In this document: piece after piece, positions 25,785 through 29,809 of the stretch
Layout of the letters: each line of letters starts with the position of its first letter
How positions within the stretch are numbered: position 1 is the first letter of the stretch
NCBI GenBank assembly: GCA_964494055.1
Contig: CAZBRI010000001.1
Span: 1-29,809, forward strand
Origin: an uncultured Anaerolinea sp.
GTDB lineage: Bacteria; Chloroflexota; Anaerolineae; Anaerolineales; Villigracilaceae
Direction: 5' to 3'
Length of the DNA stretch: 29,809 nucleotides
Program-made: the position numbers and the translations under genes
Notes under the pieces: model-generated
The model's input: only the letters and a program-made list of their open reading frames with translations
What the model was told of the DNA's origin: nothing
Database searches by the model: none

Positions 25785-26656
25785 GGTTATTTAAAAATAA
25801 TTGGCCCACAATTTCTGATTTCGGGTTGATTTTTATTGGTTCAGTTTTACAGGCTGCTGCATTGCGGATATTCTTTATTCCGGCAGATCTCGCTTCCGGA
25901 GGTGTCAGCGGGGTTGCCCAGCTGATCAACCATTTTACAGGCTGGCCGATTGGTGTAATGGTATTTTTGGGTAATCTTCCGCTTTTCCTGATCGGTTGGC
26001 GCTATCTTGGCGGCCGACGGTTCGCACTCAGGACTGCAACATCCATTATCACCCTTTCTTTTTTAACAGATGCACTTTTATGGCTGCCTTTTTTTCCAAA
26101 ATTCGGCCTGACCAACGATATGGTGCTCAATTCGCTTTACGGGGCGGTGATCGCTGGTATCGGGTATGGCCTGGTTTACCGCGGGCAGGGAACCAGCGGG
26201 GGAAGTGACATTCTCGTCCGCATCCTGAACCATTATCGGGGTATTCCTGTTACACAGGGTTACCTGATCACCGATGCTTCGATCATCCTGGGTGCCGGTT
26301 TTGTTTTCGGCTGGAATAAGGCACTTTACGCGATCATCACGCTCTATGTAAGCGGCCTGGTAGTAGATACCACTATGGAAGGTGCCGGAACAGTAAGAAC
26401 TGCATTGATCGTTACATCAGAACCGGTTTTTGTTGCCGAAACAATTATGCGGGAAATGGAACGGGGTGTGACAGTGCTTTCAGGCACTGGAGCATACACT
26501 GGAAAAGACAGGCCGGTTTTATATACGGTTGTCAGCAGATCCGAGATTCAAACTCTCAAAGCGATCGTTCATGATGCTGATAAAGCAGCCTTCATGGTGA
26601 TTGGAGCTGCACACGAAGCACTTGGAGAAGGTTTTAAATCCTTTACCAAACAATAA
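25781..26656 (+). CDS. YitT family membrane protein (DUF161 + DUF2179)
   Basis: Motifs LASGGVSGVA, GTSGGSDI and RGVTVLSGTGAYTG...AFMVI. Hydrophobic helices. Confidence 0.9.
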   Translation: MRLFKNNWPTISDFGLIFIGSVLQAAALRIFFIPADLASGGVSGVAQLINHFTGWPIGVMVFLGNLPLFLIGWRYLGGRRFALRTATSIITLSFLTDALLWLPFFPKFGLTNDMVLNSLYGAVIAGIGYGLVYRGQGTSGGSDILVRILNHYRGIPVTQGYLITDASIILGAGFVFGWNKALYAIITLYVSGLVVDTTMEGAGTVRTALIVTSEPVFVAETIMREMERGVTVLSGTGAYTGKDRPVLYTVVSRSEIQTLKAIVHDADKAAFMVIGAAHEALGEGFKSFTKQ

Positions 26657-26693
26657 AATATTTACATTGTTAGTCAATCCCCAAAAACCCATC

Positions 26694-26723
26694 AAATGAT
26701 CCTTCAAATAAGAAGGATCATTT
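26694..26723. terminator. Hairpin between the convergent yitT and era genes (probable terminator)
   Basis: Perfect 12-bp inverted repeat AAATGATCCTTC / GAAGGATCATTT with a 6-nt loop. It overlaps the era stop codon. Confidence 0.55.
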
Positions 26724-27632
26724 TTTCTTCTTTGTTTCGATCTTATAACCAAATCTTCTTAAGGATGATTCATCATCCCGCCAGTCTTTTTCAACCTTAA
26801 CATGCAGCTCCAGGTATACTTTTCGGCCGCTCATCGATTCGATCTCCTGCCGGGCGGTTATCCCGATCTTTTTCAGCATAGTCCCGCCTTCACCGATCAT
26901 AATTCCTTTTTGCGACTCGCGCTCAACGAAAACGGTAGCAACAATATGAGCACCTTTATCCCCGCGTTCGGTAAATTCATCAATCCTAATATTTACACCA
27001 TGCGGTACTTCATTCCGCAAATGGATCAGGCAGGCTTCACGAACCAGTTCGGCGGCAATTTCTCTTTCATAAAAATCGGTGATCTGTTCACTGTCAAATT
27101 CAGGTTCACGGATGGGCATTCTTTCAATCAAAGCCTGGAGTAATTCATTCCGTCCTTCACCGCGTGTTGCGCTTAAAGCAAAGACCTCAGAATTTTTTAC
27201 CAAATCCGCATAGATAGCGATTTTTCCGGGGATTTCATCCGGTGAGATCATATCCACTTTGTTGACTGCAATAAATACCGGGGCTCGTTTTTTCATCTGC
27301 ACCAGGGTTGCAGCGATCCGCTGATCATCCTCGGTCGGACCTTCAGCTGCATCCACCATCCACAAGATCAGATCGACCTGTTTCATAGCATCTTCAGCTT
27401 CTTGATTTAAAAATTCTCCGAGCTTATGATGCGGGTTGTGAATCCCAGGCGTATCCAGGAATACAAGCTGGTATTGATCGGTGGTCAGAATACCCATCTG
27501 CCTGCGGCGGGTAGTTTGTGCCTTTGGAGTAACGGCAGCAATTTTTTGGCCAAGAAATGCATTGACCAGTGTGGACTTTCCAACATTCGGGTGCCCGATG
27601 ATGGAGATAAAACCAGATTTTTTTTCTGTCAT
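26718..27632 (-). CDS. era: GTPase Era
   Basis: G1 GHPNVGKST, G2 QTTR, G3 DTPG, G4 NKVD, and KH domain (SQKGIMIGEGG...VYLELHVKV). ATG at 27632 overlaps the upstream TGA (ATGA). Confidence 0.96.
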   Translation of the reverse strand: MTEKKSGFISIIGHPNVGKSTLVNAFLGQKIAAVTPKAQTTRRRQMGILTTDQYQLVFLDTPGIHNPHHKLGEFLNQEAEDAMKQVDLILWMVDAAEGPTEDDQRIAATLVQMKKRAPVFIAVNKVDMISPDEIPGKIAIYADLVKNSEVFALSATRGEGRNELLQALIERMPIREPEFDSEQITDFYEREIAAELVREACLIHLRNEVPHGVNIRIDEFTERGDKGAHIVATVFVERESQKGIMIGEGGTMLKKIGITARQEIESMSGRKVYLELHVKVEKDWRDDESSLRRFGYKIETKKKK

Positions 27633-28501
27633 TTTTTCTTCCAATTTACTACTGCAATAGATGAGATGATCAGGATCGCTCCAGATGCAAGCTGCCAGGA
27701 CAACTGTTCATGCAGGAAAATTACACCAAGCAGAACGCCTCCCAGTGGAAATATGTAGGTAACCAATGTTGCCCGGGTCGGGCCGATCTCATGCACAAGA
27801 TAATACTGCATGATCATGGCCAACCCGGTTCCAAGAACCCCCAGCCAGATCAAAGCTACCCAGGTGATCGGCAGGTGTGGAATTACGATTGGTGATTCAA
27901 AAGCAGGGGCTGCCACAAACATGACAGCACTTGCACTGAACAATGGCAGCATACCGCGGATTTGTCCGGGGACTTCTGCAGTATGCATTCTTGCATAAAT
28001 ATAACTGTATGAATAGAACATTGAAGCAACGATTACAGCAGCCTGCCCTATGATCGAATTCTGCGAATCAGGTTTTAAGTCTTTACTAAGCAGCAAAACA
28101 ACACCGGCAAAACCAATTAACAAACCGGTCAACTTTGATACACTGATCTTATCGTCCTTCAGCAGGAAATGCGCCAGGATGACAGTAAAAAGCGGCACGG
28201 TTGCATTTAATATGGAAGCGACCGCTGAATCAATGCTTTGTTCGCCCCAGGTGATCAAGAAAAAAGGCACAGCAACATTGATCACACCTAGAACAATGAA
28301 AATTTTCCAGGTTTTCCAATCTTTTGGTAACTGGATTTTTAAAATTAACGCAACGACAATTCCCGTAAGTAACCCAAAAATCACACGGTAAGCAACCAGG
28401 GTTATGGGTCCAACCTCATTCAGTGCGATCTTGATCCAGAGAAAGGAAGCGCTCCAAATAGCGCCTAATAAAATAAACACGGTCCAATGTTTTGAATGCA
28501 A
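27629..28501 (-). CDS. EamA/DMT family transporter (two EamA repeats)
   Basis: Motifs WSASF, about 10 hydrophobic segments, ILNATVPLFT and IGPTRA. Confidence 0.92.
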   Translation of the reverse strand: MHSKHWTVFILLGAIWSASFLWIKIALNEVGPITLVAYRVIFGLLTGIVVALILKIQLPKDWKTWKIFIVLGVINVAVPFFLITWGEQSIDSAVASILNATVPLFTVILAHFLLKDDKISVSKLTGLLIGFAGVVLLLSKDLKPDSQNSIIGQAAVIVASMFYSYSYIYARMHTAEVPGQIRGMLPLFSASAVMFVAAPAFESPIVIPHLPITWVALIWLGVLGTGLAMIMQYYLVHEIGPTRATLVTYIFPLGGVLLGVIFLHEQLSWQLASGAILIISSIAVVNWKKK

Positions 28502-28622
28502 ACTAAACTCCTATTCCGGTATGAAGAGTGTATCATAAACTATTCTGATTATTTTGCAGCCAAAATTGAAGAATTTTCTGGATTAATTTTCTTCAATCTG
28601 TCAGGAAAATGAGCTGAGAATT

Positions 28623-29138
28623 TCAGGGAATGATCAACCCCTCCAGCGCTAACAACCATTTTTTCGTCTCAAGACCATTCCCAGCACTGTACCCATGCAG
28701 CTTGCCGTCAGCTCCAAGGACCCTGTGACAAGGAATAACAATGGGTATCGGGTTGTCTGCTTCCGCCCGTCCCACTGCCCGTGCAGCACCAGGATGGCCG
28801 ATAGCGTTTGCAATGTCTTTATATGTTCTTATCATCCCAAAAGGAATATCGATCGTTGAACTGAGTACCTTTTGTTGAAAGATTCCCATGAAAGTCCAAT
28901 CGATTTCCAGGCTGAATTTTTTCCGCTGACCAAGAATATATTCTTCTATTTCAACAGCGGCATGTTCAATTTTTTTCTGATCAAGTGTAATCAGGCCGGT
29001 ATATTTTTTTTGTAATTTTTCACAAAAATCCATTTCCGATGCCGGAAACGAAATAGATGCCAGGCCATTCTCAGATACTGCAACCCATATTTCACCGAGA
29101 ATTGTTTTTTGTGTATGTCCAATGGATAACATAGTCAA
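28623..29138 (-). CDS. ogt: Methylated-DNA--protein-cysteine methyltransferase
   Basis: Motifs IPFG..RTY..IA..IG.P.AARAVG and active-site NPIPIVIPCHRV. Confidence 0.93.
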   Translation of the reverse strand: MTMLSIGHTQKTILGEIWVAVSENGLASISFPASEMDFCEKLQKKYTGLITLDQKKIEHAAVEIEEYILGQRKKFSLEIDWTFMGIFQQKVLSSTIDIPFGMIRTYKDIANAIGHPGAARAVGRAEADNPIPIVIPCHRVLGADGKLHGYSAGNGLETKKWLLALEGLIIP

Positions 29139-29172
29139 TACTCACTTTCAGCGTGTTATCAAAAAAGGTATT

Positions 29173-29598
29173 TCAATGCCTGTAATTGAGCAGGAACAGT
29201 CCAAAAATACAAATAATTATTCCCAGGATATTTGTCATGGTTAATTTCTCTTTAAAGAAAACAACCCCGATAGTCACAAGGATCAGCGAAGCTACAACAT
29301 TGACCATGATCCCCAACAGACTGAGTTCCCATCCGGCCCGATAAGCCAGTAAAGTGGAAATCTCGACACCAGCTATCGCAAGACCGAGCGCGAAGCTCAC
29401 CCAGTTTAGCTGACGTAAGGCATTTCCGGTGCTGCCTATGGGAAATACAGCAAAAAGCATAAATGTGATTACCATGGCAACCCCGTAAGTCACACTCAAA
29501 GCCAGGGCGGGATTAACCTGCTGCGGGGTTATCTTTTGAAATAAGTTATATAAAACAGTAGAAAGAGCTGCCATGCTTGCTGTTAAAAAGAGGGTCAT
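29173..29598 (-). CDS. Small EamA/DMT-superfamily membrane protein (single repeat)
   Basis: 141 aa with about 5 hydrophobic segments and C-terminal FFKEKLT..NILG, typical of DMT proteins. Confidence 0.75.
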   Translation of the reverse strand: MTLFLTASMAALSTVLYNLFQKITPQQVNPALALSVTYGVAMVITFMLFAVFPIGSTGNALRQLNWVSFALGLAIAGVEISTLLAYRAGWELSLLGIMVNVVASLILVTIGVVFFKEKLTMTNILGIIICIFGLFLLNYRH

Positions 29599-29668
29599 GG
29601 GTAAATATCCTAAAAAATAAATTTACATAAGGTCGTTTTTAATTACAGAAATGTAAGATATCGGATAT

Positions 29669-29694
29669 GCGTAGGGTAAGCGTAGGGTAAGCGT
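29669..29694. repeat. Short tandem repeat (GCGTAGGGTAA) x2.4
   Basis: Exact 11-bp unit at 29669-29679 and 29680-29690, plus a partial GCGT. Confidence 0.8.
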
Positions 29695-29763
29695 CAAGTA
29701 TAGATGTGCCATTGGTGATAAATTTAGATTGTAAAAGTGATTTCTCTTCTCCTCCTTTGTAAG

Positions 29764-29792
29764 GAGAGCCGGGGTCGGCGTCCCCGGCTCTC
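29764..29792. repeat. GC-rich inverted repeat (hairpin) at the contig end
   Basis: Perfect 11-bp stem GAGAGCCGGGG / CCCCGGCTCTC with a 7-nt loop. Confidence 0.75.
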
Positions 29793-29809
29793 TCGATTCT
29801 ACCACCCCG

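Noticed and set aside
29643-29656. TTACA-GAAA-TGTAA as a fourth GntR operator
   Set aside because: The half-sites are in the opposite orientation and spacing to the TGTAA-TTACA core, and the GGATTACA extension is missing. It is plausibly chance in AT-rich DNA.
29669-29694. CRISPR-like or REP array
   Set aside because: Only 2.4 adjacent copies of 11 bp, with no spacers and no cas or RAYT gene.
29764-29792. Guanidine-II (mini-ykkC) riboswitch idea, since the minus-strand loop begins ACG upstream of a DMT gene
   Set aside because: Guanidine-II needs two hairpins with ACGR tetraloops close to the RBS. Here there is one hairpin with a 7-nt loop about 165 nt from the start codon.
29623-29805. 60-aa minus-strand ORF at the contig end
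   Set aside because: It runs through a hairpin and a tandem repeat (LTLTLRLPYAYP), has no family motifs, and its upstream context is cut off.

Overview
Bacterial contig fragment of moderately low GC, probably a metagenome or MAG assembly. Positions 1-46 are an untrimmed Illumina adapter. Chloroflexota/Anaerolineae is a weak guess from gene content only. Bases ~47-20176 form a ~20 kb catabolic island for an unidentified sugar, polyol or cyclitol. It encodes a GntR/UTRA repressor, two Gfo/Idh/MocA dehydrogenases, two TIM-barrel isomerase/epimerase-like proteins, two FGGY kinases and two Zn dehydrogenases. It also encodes a phosphotriesterase-like hydrolase, a cupin-type PGI, a D-2-hydroxyacid dehydrogenase, Eda- and DeoC-like aldolases, a divergent shikimate-dehydrogenase homologue, a VOC protein and an Fe-S old-yellow-enzyme. 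An 18-bp operator-like motif (TGTAMTWACAGGATWACA) occurs three times, each time just downstream of a near-consensus sigma70 -10 box, and links four transcription units. An SDR and a group II PLP decarboxylase are embedded in the island. To the right lies a nurA / stand-alone HAS-barrel / herA operon with a possible LexA-type box. Then come housekeeping-type genes: SIMPL lipoprotein, beta-hydroxyacid dehydrogenase, YitT, era, EamA, ogt and a small DMT. No rRNA, tRNA, CRISPR array or transposase was recognised. All protein calls rest on motif recognition by eye, with no database searches.
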